NCBI GenBank assembly: GCA_964016885.1
Contig: OZ024742.1
Span: forward strand, 143,654,001 to 143,718,000
Direction: 5' to 3'
From: Eledone cirrhosa
Lineage: Eukaryota
Length of the DNA: 64,000 nt
The number at the start of each line of letters is the position of its first letter. Position 1 is the stretch's first letter. Of the stretch, positions 1 through 12,675 are shown piece by piece. The notes below the pieces were generated by a model. It made no database searches, had not been told where the DNA came from, and saw only the letters and a program-made list of their open reading frames with translations. Position numbers and translations under genes: made by a program.

Positions 1-682
1 ATCAACAGTGATGAAAAGGGTCGCCTGTGATGGACAGTACACTACTGCTTAGATACCGATGTAAAAGGACGGGATGGATAAGGCTGGAAAACTTTAGATC
101 ATAAGTTTTTGTCAATCAGGGTTTGCTGGGACTAAACAACAACTATGACAATAACAACAACAATAACAGTATGAACAAGAATAACAGCAAAAACAACAAG
201 AATAACAGCAACAACAACAACTGCAGCAGTTAAATATACAGAAATTTCTTTGCTAGCTTTAGTGTCAACTGTGTCTTATTTACCAGTGTGCTATCTTGCC
301 CTAAGCTATATTTTTCTGGGGGAAAAAATACGAAATACAAATCTCTCATAACAGAAAAAAGAATGTTTTTTTTTTTGTTCTCCTCCATGTAGGCTGATGT
401 ATACGTATGCGTGTAAATCTAAAGACACATACAAGTCTGCATAGATACTTGTTTCCTATTTACACACAATTGCTTCTTCAAATATTAAAAACAAATTCTT
501 TTATGTAGCCTGTATGTATGACAGACTTCATATATTTTATCGCTATGAAATACTATGTCCAAAATGTTCACATACAGTTATTTACTAATTCTCTGAGGCA
601 CATATACATACATTTAACACCATGTGCATCATATTAGTTATACGTACAGAAATAAACTATATATTTCTGACACTTGTAAGTG

Positions 683-1036
<354 letters not shown>

Positions 1037-1236
1037 GTTAACATAGTCAATTTTCTTACACATATACATAGATACATAGATATTCATCACAGATATACAA
1101 TATACTGTCTTTCATTCTTCCTTACACTGGCATATGCATAAATTCCCAAACATATACAGAATATGATATAGCTATTATATTAGTATATTATATATGAAAA
1201 TAATTTTAAAATACATTAGATATTTATGTGTGTATA

Positions 1237-1322
<86 letters not shown>

Positions 1323-1561
1323 CATCCTTTATACTCTTCCCTTCATTCTACACATCTCACACATCTTATACACACCACGCATCTCAACGTACACACACTT
1401 ACATCTCTCTCTCCACCACCGGACCTTGTTACCCGGAGTTTTACCCATTTGCATTGTCGAGGCTTCCAAACGACTTAAATATATATACATATATATGTAT
1501 ATATATAGATATACATACATATATATATATGTATATATGTGTGTATATGTATATATATATA

Positions 1562-1850
1562 TAAACGGAAAAAATGAAACGAAATTTCATTTCCCACTCT
1601 TAGTACGGCTGTTACTTAAATATAAGTATGTACACGTACATACATATATGTATACAGACGTACAGTAGTATGTATATATATATATACATACATGCACACA
1701 TATATATATGTACGTATGGATTCACCGAATATTTATTATAATGCTCGGTGTGTTTGTAGTACATATATATATGTGTGCATGTATGTATATATATATACAT
1801 ACTACTGTACGTCTGTATACATATATGTATGTACGTGTACATACTTATAT
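1562..1850. mobile_element. Fold-back fragment of the non-coding HHR (retrozyme-like) family also found at 11969-12678
   Basis: 1565-1758 matches parts of the unit at 11969-12407 (GAAATTTCATTTC.CACTCTTAGTACGGCTG, CAGACGTACAGTAGTATG, GTACGTATGGATT.ACCGAA). ~1759-1850 is the reverse complement of ~1621-1713. Flanked by (TA)n on both sides. Confidence 0.75.
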
Positions 1851-1937
1851 ATATATTTATATTGTTATACTTTGGGAGAGTCATGTTGCCAATAAGAAAC
1901 ACACGCATCAGCTGCTTTCACTTCAATTTATTATAAT

Positions 1938-2404
1938 AGAGGTGCATTAGCTTACAAATTTAGAAGGGCCCTAGATAAACATAAACTCAATATTAAGATA
2001 GTAGAAAGACCAAGTACCTCCATAAAAACACTTATTAGCAATACATACCCTTTTCAAATACCTCCCCATATTAACTGTAAAACTAGAAATGTAGTATATA
2101 GCATAAGATGTACTGAAGGACAATGTAGAGATAAGAATATAGTGTACATAGGTGAGACAGCTCGTAGGGGAACGGATAAATGAACACTGGCGAGACCTTC
2201 AAGATAGTAAAGAATCATCTGTACTCTACCAACATGCTTAAATAGAACATAAGGGTAAATTAGAGAACATAGAAATAAAAATAGAATCTACACACAGAAA
2301 AGACGCAATGTTTAGACAAATCACAGAGGCAATAAACATAAATGAACTCCAACCAAAATTAAAGAGAAAACATGAATGGAACAGCAACATCACAACTTAC
2401 AATT
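1938..2404 (+). pseudogene. Degenerate PLE C-terminal region with GIY-YIG endonuclease
   Basis: Translates ..AYKFRRALDKHKLNIKIVERPSTSIKTLISNTYPFQ..PHINCKTRNVVYSIRCTEGQCRDKNIVYIGETAR, then a frameshift (small deletion versus copy 2) and a premature TAA near 2239. Confidence 0.85.
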
Positions 2405-2604
2405 AAGGACAAAATGAAAACACACACGCACATAGAACAAACAACCAACCAGTAACATATAAATAAAAAAATAAATAAACAAATATAAACACACACAGAC
2501 ACCTGGATGTAACACATGTGCAAACTAAGCACACAACACACACAAAAACAAGATGGCGTAGGACAGAACAAAGGAGAGGCACAAAAACAAAGAAAAGAAT
2601 CCCC

Positions 2605-2648
2605 AGTCACTGAAGAGGTCACAGAATGTGTGACGAAAGAACTTTGAC
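2605..2648 (+). ncRNA. Minimal type I hammerhead ribozyme in PLE family 1 pLTR
   Basis: GTCA-CTGAAGA-G-GTCACA gaatg TGTGAC-GAAA-GAAC-TT-TGAC: CUGANGA and GAAA core, 6-bp stem II, stem I GTCA/TGAC, very short stem III. Confidence 0.75.
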
Positions 2649-2849
2649 AATATATAAACAATCATCTGGTTGTGGAACCAACCGGAAATTTATAAATTCC
2701 TAAATTTATAAATTTATTATAATAAATTGAAGTGAAAGCAACTGGTGCGTGTGTTTCTTATTGGCAACATGACCCTCCCAAGTATAACAATATCGGTTTC
2801 AACACACGTTTTCAGATAAAGAATCTTGCTAAACAAATTCAGAAACGAA

Positions 2850-2880
<31 letters not shown>

Positions 2881-3495
2881 TATACATATAAAACATATAT
2901 ATACATATATATACATATATATATATATACAAGAAAGTAGTACAGCATAATCGAAGCTTTGGTTGCGGGAAAGCTAACGAATGCTGTCGGGAAGTGCAGC
3001 CAAAAGCACTCAATAAGGAATTTTACCTTAGAGTTATAACATTACGTTTAGCCAGCTATGCAAATTGAAACCAGCGACCGAAATGCGACCCGCTATGACC
3101 AGAACAACAAAAAAAAACCGACTCAGGGAAAGGTTTGACTGTTACCTGGACCATCATGGACGTATTACATAAAATTATATAACATCTCCACTAGGTTTCT
3201 GTAAATCCGAAATCAACAAAATCCAGCCTGCAAGAAAATTGGGCTTTGGAAGATAGAACAGTGGAATTTACTTCGTCAACAAGTTTTCGTTCTGTCTGCC
3301 TCCTCCGGTTGCAAGAACTAGTAGTAAGCACCTCTAGTAGTCACGTGGTTTCTCCTAAGGGAGGTAACCCCCGGTTTTGGCGGTCAAATTCAAAATTTGA
3401 ACAAAGGGTTTAAATCCTTTACACAAACCGAATGAAAGCTCTCGACTAGATGTTATTAAACAAACATAAACAATTAACCAATCAATAGAATTGTC

Positions 3496-3526
<31 letters not shown>

Positions 3527-3885
3527 CGAATTGGTGACCGAATGAGACGATATTAATGAAACGAACAAACGCACTATCCTATCTTCAGCCATCCGGTCTA
3601 GACGCTAATACCCAATGGGTGTCATGGTCTTTTGTATATTAAGGATGGTAGCTGTAACGTCCAGAATATACCATAGGAGACGGGAAAGTTATCTCACCAA
3701 CTGTTCAGAAAATGAACGACAGGATAATGGCCTAGTGACGAGGCAAAATAGATTAGTCAATACCCTTTGCGTATCAGCGACTAGAACGGATGGCTGAAGA
3801 TCGGATAGTGTTTGCTTCATTTGTATCATCTCATTTCATTTCTAATTTGATTTACAGAATATCCGGACGTCACACCGTGTTATTT
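3527..3885. mobile_element. Old, diverged fold-back insertion with inverted arms and a short tail
   Basis: ~3527-3622 is an imperfect reverse complement of ~3760-3850 (CACTATCCTATCTTCAGCCATCCGGTCTAG / CTAGAACGGATGGCTGAAGATCGGATAGTG). (TA)n lies on the left and (CT)n(TA)n on the right. Confidence 0.7.
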
Positions 3886-3892
3886 CTCTCCC

Positions 3893-4026
<134 letters not shown>

Positions 4027-4050
4027 GTATATCTATCTATCTATATATAT

Positions 4051-4233
4051 ATAGGGAAGAGTATGACCCCGACGGCAGAGCTCAAGCCGTTTCGATGGCT
4101 ATTTCTGGACTAGAAATAGCCGTCGAAACGGCTTGAGCTCTGCCGTCGGGGTCATACTTTTTCCTATTTCCCACTCTACTACCCTAAGTATTGAGTACTC
4201 TGGTGCATTTGGTTCCTTACCACAATTCCTTTG

Positions 4234-4235
<2 letters not shown>
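4051..4235. mobile_element. 117-bp near-perfect palindrome containing the 3' half of a hammerhead ribozyme, plus 68-nt tail
   Basis: 4051-4167 is self-complementary around 4109. The right arm reads GAAA-CGGC-ttgagctct-GCCG-TC-GGGGTCA (stem III plus GUC cleavage triplet). Both ends abut (TA)n. Confidence 0.8.
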
Positions 4236-4293
<58 letters not shown>

Positions 4294-4458
4294 CATGTAT
4301 ATATATATATGTGTATATATATATATGTATATATATATAAATGTATATATATATATATATATATTCATATATATATATATACATTTATATATATATACAT
4401 ATATATATATATACACACATATATGTATATATATATATACATGTAATATATATATATA

Positions 4459-4954
<496 letters not shown>

Positions 4955-5044
4955 TGCGTGTGCGTGTGTGTGTGTCTGTGTGTGCGTGTGTATTCATAAA
5001 TACATTCATACGCATGCGCGCAAACACACATCCACAAACACATT

Positions 5045-5639
5045 TACACACGTTGGTCAATATGTAATAAGAAAATCAGGAGAAACATTAAACAACATTC
5101 AATTAGAATGCTACTTGAAGTAGGCTTACACATATTGTGTAAAGTGACTAACTGGCAACTTCCTATCTGCCTAAGCTGGAGCACTGTGGTGTACCAGGTG
5201 GAAACAGGTTTATCAGATTCGCCGATCTATCGGTAAGATGTAGGGAATCATGGAGCAACTTTATGCCATCAAATTTTGTATTAAACTTAAGAAAATCCAA
5301 CAAGAATCTTATGAACATACAGTAATGAGAGACGTGTATGTTCATAAGATTACAAAAATTTGTTTCCTAGAAAATAGTGATCACTTGCATCCTCAACCTG
5401 TTCATTTCTTTCAGAAAATCGTTCAAACCATCTGTAGAAACTCACTTTGCTCATCAATTGACCCGCATATGTTTCATTTAACATTCCATAGGCTTCTTGT
5501 TGGATTTTCTTAAGTTTAACACAAAATTTGATGGCATGAAGCTGATCCCTGATTCCATACATCTTACCACGCGTTGACAGATCGGTGAATCTGATAAACC
5601 TGTTTCCACCTGGTACACCAAAGTGCTCCAGCCTAGGCA
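5045..5639. mobile_element. Tc1/mariner-derived non-autonomous fold-back element (two inverted transposase 5' ends)
   Basis: Minus strand 5390-5560 encodes DQLHAIKFCVKLKKIQQEAYGMLNETYAGQLMSKVSFYRWFERF (mariner N-terminal HTH). Plus strand 5250-5315 encodes MEQLYAIKFCIKLKKIQQESYE. 5168-5313 is inverted relative to 5484-5639. A possible TA+TIR remnant lies at 5045-5075. Confidence 0.8.
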
Positions 5640-6457
5640 TATATATATATATATGTAACGTGACTTGGATATTAAAACATAAAAGATCCTATTCGTCACC
5701 AGATCTGGCAGACGATATTTTTTTCTGGAGCGAAGAATCCACTCCAGTATTGACCTCGAAATGATGAACGACGAGGCTGACCTCGATGTGATTTGAATTC
5801 AAACAACAGAGATCCGTATAACATATGCATAAATGCATGTTGAGGCGCCAATTATTGCGTGGCATGAAGGACAGAGAAGAGCACGCAATACGAAATGCTT
5901 TATATGATAAAACATTGAGAACCTGAAAACGTCAGCAACTTTTACTCCAAGTTTCACGATAACGATCTTCGGACGCTAGTGAAGATTGTAGCAAGGTTTC
6001 ATGAAATATGTGAATGTGAATGCATGTACGTGAGACGATACAGAAATACGATGTAAGAAATTCTCGCAGAATTGTTACTTCCCTAGATCCCTAAAAGAGA
6101 GCAAATATTTTTATTCAAAATTCCCTGTCTTTTCCAAGCTCCCATATCAATATACACCGCTTTATGATAATTTTATTATACTTTCGTTATTAATGTATCA
6201 CTTTACCATATAAACGTGTATTCCTAACAGTTTCTTGATTGGAATATGTGCCCTGAAGTTAAAGTAAGAACGAACCAAACAACGACACCTACGAAGAAGG
6301 ATCTACCTGCCACGCAAAATGCAGGAATATAATGAACTCTCACAGCTGCCTATCTGCACATCAACATCGTAGTCATATATTCAAATATCTTCATTGAAGT
6401 CCTATGATCAGAAACGTAGCGGTTAGTGGAGTTTTCAGCTTCCTGTACACACACACA

Positions 6458-7036
<579 letters not shown>

Positions 7037-7177
7037 TTTCTTAAATATTGAACTTGAAATTATCGATCCAGCTCATTAAAAAGAATCTGATTCAACCAAT
7101 TAGAAGATATACATTATATATTTGTTTGTAACTTTTTCTTTCCCTTCCATTCATACACACACGACCCCCTCTCCCTT

Positions 7178-7235
<58 letters not shown>

Positions 7236-7263
7236 TCTCTCTCTCTTACTCTCTCTCTGTCGC

Positions 7264-7327
<64 letters not shown>

Positions 7328-7393
7328 ACTCACTCTCTCTCTCTCACTCGCTCTCTCACTCTATATTTCACAGACACAAACACACACAAACAT

Positions 7394-7475
7394 ACACTAT
7401 ACATGTATATGTATATTTATGTATGTACTTATATATATAAGTACATACATAAATATACATATACATGTATAGTGT
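7394..7475. repeat. 82-bp perfect palindrome of degenerate TA/TG microsatellite
   Basis: ACACTATACATGTATATGTATATTTATGTATGTACTT-ATATATAT-AAGTACATACATAAATATACATATACATGTATAGTGT. Confidence 0.9.
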
Positions 7476-7512
7476 GTATATATATATGTGTGTATGTACT
7501 TATATACATACA

Positions 7513-7575
<63 letters not shown>

Positions 7576-7855
7576 ATATATAACTCAATTTTGTCCGAAG
7601 AGTTATAATGTGTATTTATATAGTACAAACCTGATTGATGGAGTTGGTTTCAGCCATGTTTGATCTCACTTGCGCGGGACTTGTTTTACACCCTGATAAA
7701 ATGTGCCATGGTGCCTCTTTCTTCACAGAGCATCCGTGATTCAGCCACCCTCATGTCCACTTGTACAAATTTATTGGAGTTAGATCGCAACAGGAAGGAG
7801 ATTCGGAAGTTTCCAATAATGAATCTGCCCAAGTAATCTTTCCCTGGGGGAAGTC

Positions 7856-7928
<73 letters not shown>

Positions 7929-8229
7929 TACATACATACATTCATATATATATAAAGGAAATGAGCCATGGAAATAATAATTTCATTACTGATATTATCT
8001 GCCCGTCAACTCATAATGTGAAACTGAATGTATATATGTGTGTGTGTATACGTGTATGTGTGTGTGTCTGGTGGTGGTGGTGGGGGGGGGGGGGGGGGAG
8101 TTGTGTGTCTAAGGGACAGAATCTTATATACTTATTCATTAATTACATTTTGTTTCGTATATTTAAAAATATATATTATCGTTTTTTGTATCCAATTTAG
8201 AGTTCAGGCTTAAGCTATTTTTCTTGTGT

Positions 8230-8612
8230 TGTTCTTATTTGCTTTTGTTGTTGTAAGGCTAATGTTGCTGCTGCTGTTGCTGTTACTGTTGTTATTTTGC
8301 TGTTGCTGCTGCTGCTGTTGTTGTTGTTTTGTGTTCCTGTTGTTGTTTCAATTTGTTTTATTGTTTGGTTTCGGTGCCCTCTATTGACTCGGAAAAATAA
8401 TGGAAAAGATAGCAAAATAACGGATTAAGAATAAAGAAATTGTTAGTGAATAAGTAAAGTAAATTGATGAGTAAAACATATAGAAACAACAACAACAACA
8501 ACAACAACAACAGCAACAACAACAACAACAATAGCAGCAGCAGCAGCAGCAACAACAACGACAACAACAAGAACAACAATAAGAACAACAAGAACAACAA
8601 CAACAACAACAA
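8230..8612. repeat. (TTG/CTG)n and (AAC/AGC)n trinucleotide microsatellites
   Basis: TTG/CTG-rich at 8245-8347 and AAC/AGC-rich at 8484-8612. Confidence 0.85.
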
Positions 8613-8898
8613 CATGAGTAAACGAAGGTGTCTACTCAATAAACACCTTCTTTAAATCACATTATCATCATTTTTGTGTCCATGTTCAATATTTTTCATG
8701 GGTTAAACCAGAGGATCTGAAAGTGGGCGCTACTGCCCTCCTGGAGCATTGAGAAGTTCCAAGGGGCGCTGGGGCATAAGGAGGCCGTAGAAATGATATA
8801 ATAGTATACTAAATATCAAATGATACATATATATAAATATAGTAAAACAAAAAAATATATATTTATTTATACATAGTATTTATTATATTGGCATAGTA

Positions 8899-9267
8899 TT
8901 GGCAACCTGTAAAATAAGCCCCCATATTAACTGTAAAACTAGAAATGTAGTGTATAGCATAAGATGTACTGAAGGACAATGTAGAAACAAAAATATAGTG
9001 TACATAGGTGAGACAACTCGTAGTATAGGGGAACGGATAAATGAACACTGGCGAGACCTTCAAGATAATAAAGAATCATCTGTACTCTACCAACATGCTA
9101 AGATAGAACACAATTGTAAATTAGAGAACATAGAAATAAAAATAGAATCCACACACAGAAAAGATGCAATGTTTAGGCAAATTACAGAGGCAGTAAGCAT
9201 AAAAGAATTACAACCAAAATTAAATAAAAAATATGAGTGGAACAGCAACATCACAACTTACAATTAA
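8899..9267 (+). CDS. GIY-YIG endonuclease domain of PLE (C-terminal fragment, no true start)
   Basis: CKTRNVVYSIRC..C....VYIGETTRSIGERINEH...SVLYQHAKIEH...RQITEAVSIKELQPKLNKKYEW shows the GIY-YIG motifs VVY/YIG, R, H, E and N. Confidence 0.88.
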   Translation: MATCKISPHINCKTRNVVYSIRCTEGQCRNKNIVYIGETTRSIGERINEHWRDLQDNKESSVLYQHAKIEHNCKLENIEIKIESTHRKDAMFRQITEAVSIKELQPKLNKKYEWNSNITTYN

Positions 9268-9461
9268 GGACAAAATGAAAACACACACACACAGAACAAA
9301 CAACCAACCAACAACATGTAAATAAATAAACAAATAAACACAAACACACACAGACACCCGGATGTGGCGCATGCGCAAACTGAGCACACAACACACACAC
9401 AGAAACAAAATGGCGTAGGACAGAAGAAAGGAAAGGCACAGAAACAAAGAAAGGAATCCCC

Positions 9462-9506
9462 AGTCACTGAAGAGGTCACAGAGTGTGTGACGAAAGGACT
9501 ATGACT
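9462..9506 (+). ncRNA. Minimal type I hammerhead ribozyme in PLE family 1 pLTR
   Basis: AGTCA-CTGAAGA-G-GTCACA gagtg TGTGAC-GAAA-GGAC-TA-TGACT, with 5-bp stem I and 6-bp stem II. Confidence 0.8.
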
Positions 9507-10239
9507 ATATATAAACAACTATCTGGTTGTGGAACCAACCAACCAACCAGAAATTTATAAGTTTGTAGATTTGTAAATTTATAAATTTATAAATATATAA
9601 TAAATTGAAGTGAAAGCAACTGGTGCGTGTGTTTCTTATTGGCAACATGACCCTCCCAAAGTATAACAATATCGGTTTCAACACACGATTTCAGATAAAG
9701 AATCTTGCTAAACAAATTCAGAAACGAAATTTATTATATTATTTATTATATATAAATTAACGATTTTATTCATCATATATCATTTACAATTTGCATGTAA
9801 GCAGGTCTCACTGGAAATAGGCTTGGAGGCACTGAAGGTATTACGTGAGGCGGGTCGTGACCCTAAAAGTTTGAGAACTTTTGGCTTAAACGAATCCTCT
9901 CCAGTACAGTGCCCAGTCACATTTCGCGTTATTTTGCCATCTCATTTGTGAAGCTTAACGTCCTGAGATCCGTCTTTATCACATCTACCCAAGCTTTTCT
10001 CTACCACACTTTCCTTCAATTTAGAACTTCTAGTATTTTTTTCCACTCAACGATCATCACATGTAGACATTTCGTGTCTGTACCAGCACAATTTTCTCTC
10101 TTGCACTTCATATCAGATTGAAGGAAAGATTGGATAATACTGTCCTAGCTGCAATAAGCCTGAAACAAAAACAACAAAAAGATGTGACAGACACGATAAA
10201 TATGCTTTTTCATCATATCTTTGCTTGATCAGGAGAGAG

Positions 10240-10473
10240 AATATAATGGTTTCTTATATAGGCACAAGGCCATCAATTTTGGGGGGAGGGGAAAGGGAGC
10301 GTGGATTAAATCGACCCCAGTGCGTGACTGGTACTTTATTATATCGACCCCGTAAGGAAGAAAGGCAAAGTTAACCTCAGCGGGATTTGAACTCAGATCA
10401 TAAAGGGCCGTAACTCTATGCTGCAAATCATGTTGTCCGACGCCCTACCGATACTGCCAATCCGCTGCCCTTA
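10240..10473 (-). mobile_element. tRNA-derived SINE, copy 1
   Basis: Minus strand has an A-box-like TGGCAGTATCGG, a B-box-like GAGTTCAAATCC and an AT-rich 3' end. Flanked by AGGAGAGAG. Confidence 0.8.
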
Positions 10474-10482
10474 AGGAGAGAG

Positions 10483-10715
10483 AATATAATGGTTTCTTAT
10501 ATAGGCGCAAGGCCATAAATTTTGGGGGAGGGGAAAGGGAGCGTCGATTAAATCGACCCCAGTGCGTGACTGGTACTTTATTATATCGACCTCGTAAGGA
10601 TGAAAGGCAAAGTTAACCTCAGCGGGATTTGAACTCAGATCATAAAGGGCCGTAACTCTATGCTGCAAATCATGTTGTCCGACGCCCTACCGATACTGCC
10701 AAGTCACTGCCCTTA
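10483..10715 (-). mobile_element. tRNA-derived SINE, copy 2 (tandem duplicate)
   Basis: Direct repeat of copy 1 with a 242-243 bp period and a handful of substitutions. Confidence 0.8.
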
Positions 10716-11212
10716 AGGAGAGAGCAACAACAATAACACCAAACGTTACCATATAGTAAACAAACGGCATAATGAGCTATTTATAGTTACGAAGACCTTT
10801 CTGACGCATACTTCCTTCAAGAAAGTCTGTGAATAGGGCGAGAGAAGAATCAAATATGTTGACGTCTTTACATCCAGATCAAAACTGACTTTCTATTTTA
10901 TATCTTCTTTAGATAGATACGTCAATGTGTACAAAGTGTATATCTTGAACAGTTCAAGTACAAACATCTGAAGAGAATGGGCAGATATGTACAGCATATG
11001 TATATATGTATATATATATATATATTCATAATGTCAAAACACAACTTCGTCATCATCATCATCACCATACACACATATACGCACACACACATAGATACAT
11101 ACACGCATAACCTACATGCACACATATATATATATATATATATATAAACGGAAAACAAATATATATATGTATGTGTATATATATATATGTACATGTATAT
11201 ATATATACATAT

Positions 11213-11271
11213 GTCCAGAATTACCCGTCGAAACGGCTTGAGCTCAGCCGTCGGGGTCTTACCTGTTCCTA
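11213..11271 (+). mobile_element. Short insertion: 3' half of hammerhead ribozyme, same family as 4051-4235
   Basis: CCGTC-GAAA-CGGCT-tgagctc-AGCCG-TC-GGGGTCTTACCTGTTCCTATATA, embedded in (TA)n. Confidence 0.7.
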
Positions 11272-11309
11272 TATATACATATATATATATGTATATATAT
11301 ATATATGTA

Positions 11310-11760
11310 TGTCAGGTCACCAGTTGGTGCTACTGGTAACATGTATCCCAGTACAACCTGTCTCATGGTCGGGTTGTTGGCGACTAAACTGGCAACCCCA
11401 CCAAGGTTTCTTGGTGAGGAGGGTGACTTTGGACATCCTGCAGGACTAAAAACAAAACCTGTCAAAGGGCAAGGGAGCTCTTAAGACTCAATAGCCATCC
11501 AAAATCACCGGGAGAGATGACCCCTTAGCCTTTGTCAAGGCAGAATTCTAGGAGAAGGAAAACTCTGATATAACACCTGCAACCCTGATGGTATCCAATG
11601 ATGTTGACTTGTTCTTCTTTTTGGTAAATATCATCTTGGTTAAGAGAGTGGGACTGGCTTTGTGCAGTGCCTTTGCTCACTATAAAAGCTTCACAGCACA
11701 GGCATTGCTTTATATCTGGAGATCTCTCTGCACTTGTCATCACATGGTCAATATGATGCA
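11310..11760 (+). mobile_element. Possible 5' non-coding region of an RTE-type LINE or derived element
   Basis: Contains CTAGGAGAAGGAAAACTCTGA (~11548), a motif I recall from RTE-like 5' regions. There is no ORF support. Confidence 0.3.
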
Positions 11761-11915
11761 CTATGTGTCAATAATGGTCACAAGTGTAGTCTTTGTACCA
11801 GAGTTTTCAAGTCGCTGGCTGGACTAAAAAGTCACATTCGTTCAGCGCATCGGTAGGGGTTCTCCTACATGGATATAAAGTAGTGGCCGTACTCGAAAAC
11901 GAGTTGGCAGCCACC

Positions 11916-11968
<53 letters not shown>

Positions 11969-11974
<6 letters not shown>

Positions 11975-12037
11975 TATGTATACGTACATACATATATGTA
12001 TACAGACGTACAGTAGTATGTATATACATACATACAT

Positions 12038-12077
<40 letters not shown>

Positions 12078-12675
12078 GTATGGATTTACCGAACATTTAT
12101 TATAATCCTCGGTTTGTTTGTAAACAAACAGCCCGAATTAAGCCGTACAGTGTTCGGCAACCATCGTTGCCCCTTTGTTCAACACTGACAAAGGAACGAT
12201 GAACTATTTTCTAGCTTATTAGCTGTCATCGGCACCGTATACCTTCGTGTCAGTCGATTGAACGTTTGAAAGTATATACTTTCCTTATGCATATTAATAG
12301 CTGAGCAGCCTAATTTGCATATCGAGTGAGTTAGTCGGCCGGGCGTATCGAAAACGATAAATGGAAAAAATGAAATTTCATTTCTCATTCTTAGTACGGC
12401 TGATACTAGTTCATCGTTCCTTTGTCAGTGTTGAACAAAAGGGCAACGATGGTTGCCGAACACTGTACGGCTTAATTCAGGCTGTTTGTTTACAAACAAA
12501 CCGAACATTATAATAAATGTTTGGTAAATCCATACGTACATATATATATATATATGTGTACATGTATGTATGTATATACATACTACTGTACGTGTGTATA
12601 CATATATGTATGTACGTATACATACTTATATTTAAGTATCAGCCGTACTAAGAGTGAGAAATGAAATTTCATTTT

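Larger units (their letters stand above)
1858..2850 (+). mobile_element. 5'-truncated Penelope-like element (family 1, copy 1) with short inverted pLTR segment at the 5' junction
   Basis: Near-identical to 8920-9730. 1858-1937 is the reverse complement of ~2716-2793. The 3' end GAAACGAAA runs into (TA)n at 2850. Confidence 0.88.
8899..9730 (+). mobile_element. 5'-truncated Penelope-like element (family 1, copy 2)
   Basis: GIY-YIG ORF, 3' region with HHR, and the same GAAACGAAAT 3' end as copy 1. Confidence 0.9.
8709..9883. mobile_element. hAT-superfamily MITE interrupted by a Penelope insertion
   Basis: Degenerate TIRs CAGAGGATCTGAAAGT / AGTTTGAGAACTTTTG resemble the CAGTGGTTCTCAAA hAT end. 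8-bp TSD-like flanks GGTTAAAC (8701-8708) and GCTTAAAC (9884-9891). Confidence 0.65.

Noticed and set aside
1-230. Possible SINE 3' end followed by an (AAC)n tail
   Set aside because: It is truncated by the window edge and has no promoter boxes, so only the microsatellite is certain.
2930-3500. Unique-looking segment between (TA)n tracts with small palindromes (TCAAATTCAAAATTTGAA, CACGTG)
   Set aside because: Probably a transposon fragment, but no TIR pair, ORF or ribozyme could be identified.
3794-3800. CTGAAGA as a hammerhead core
   Set aside because: No stem II or downstream GAAA follows it.
11884-11912. Hairpin GTGGC..ACTCG-AAAA-CGAGT..GCCAC before (TA)n
   Set aside because: It could be an element terminus, but there is no second copy or diagnostic end motif in the window.
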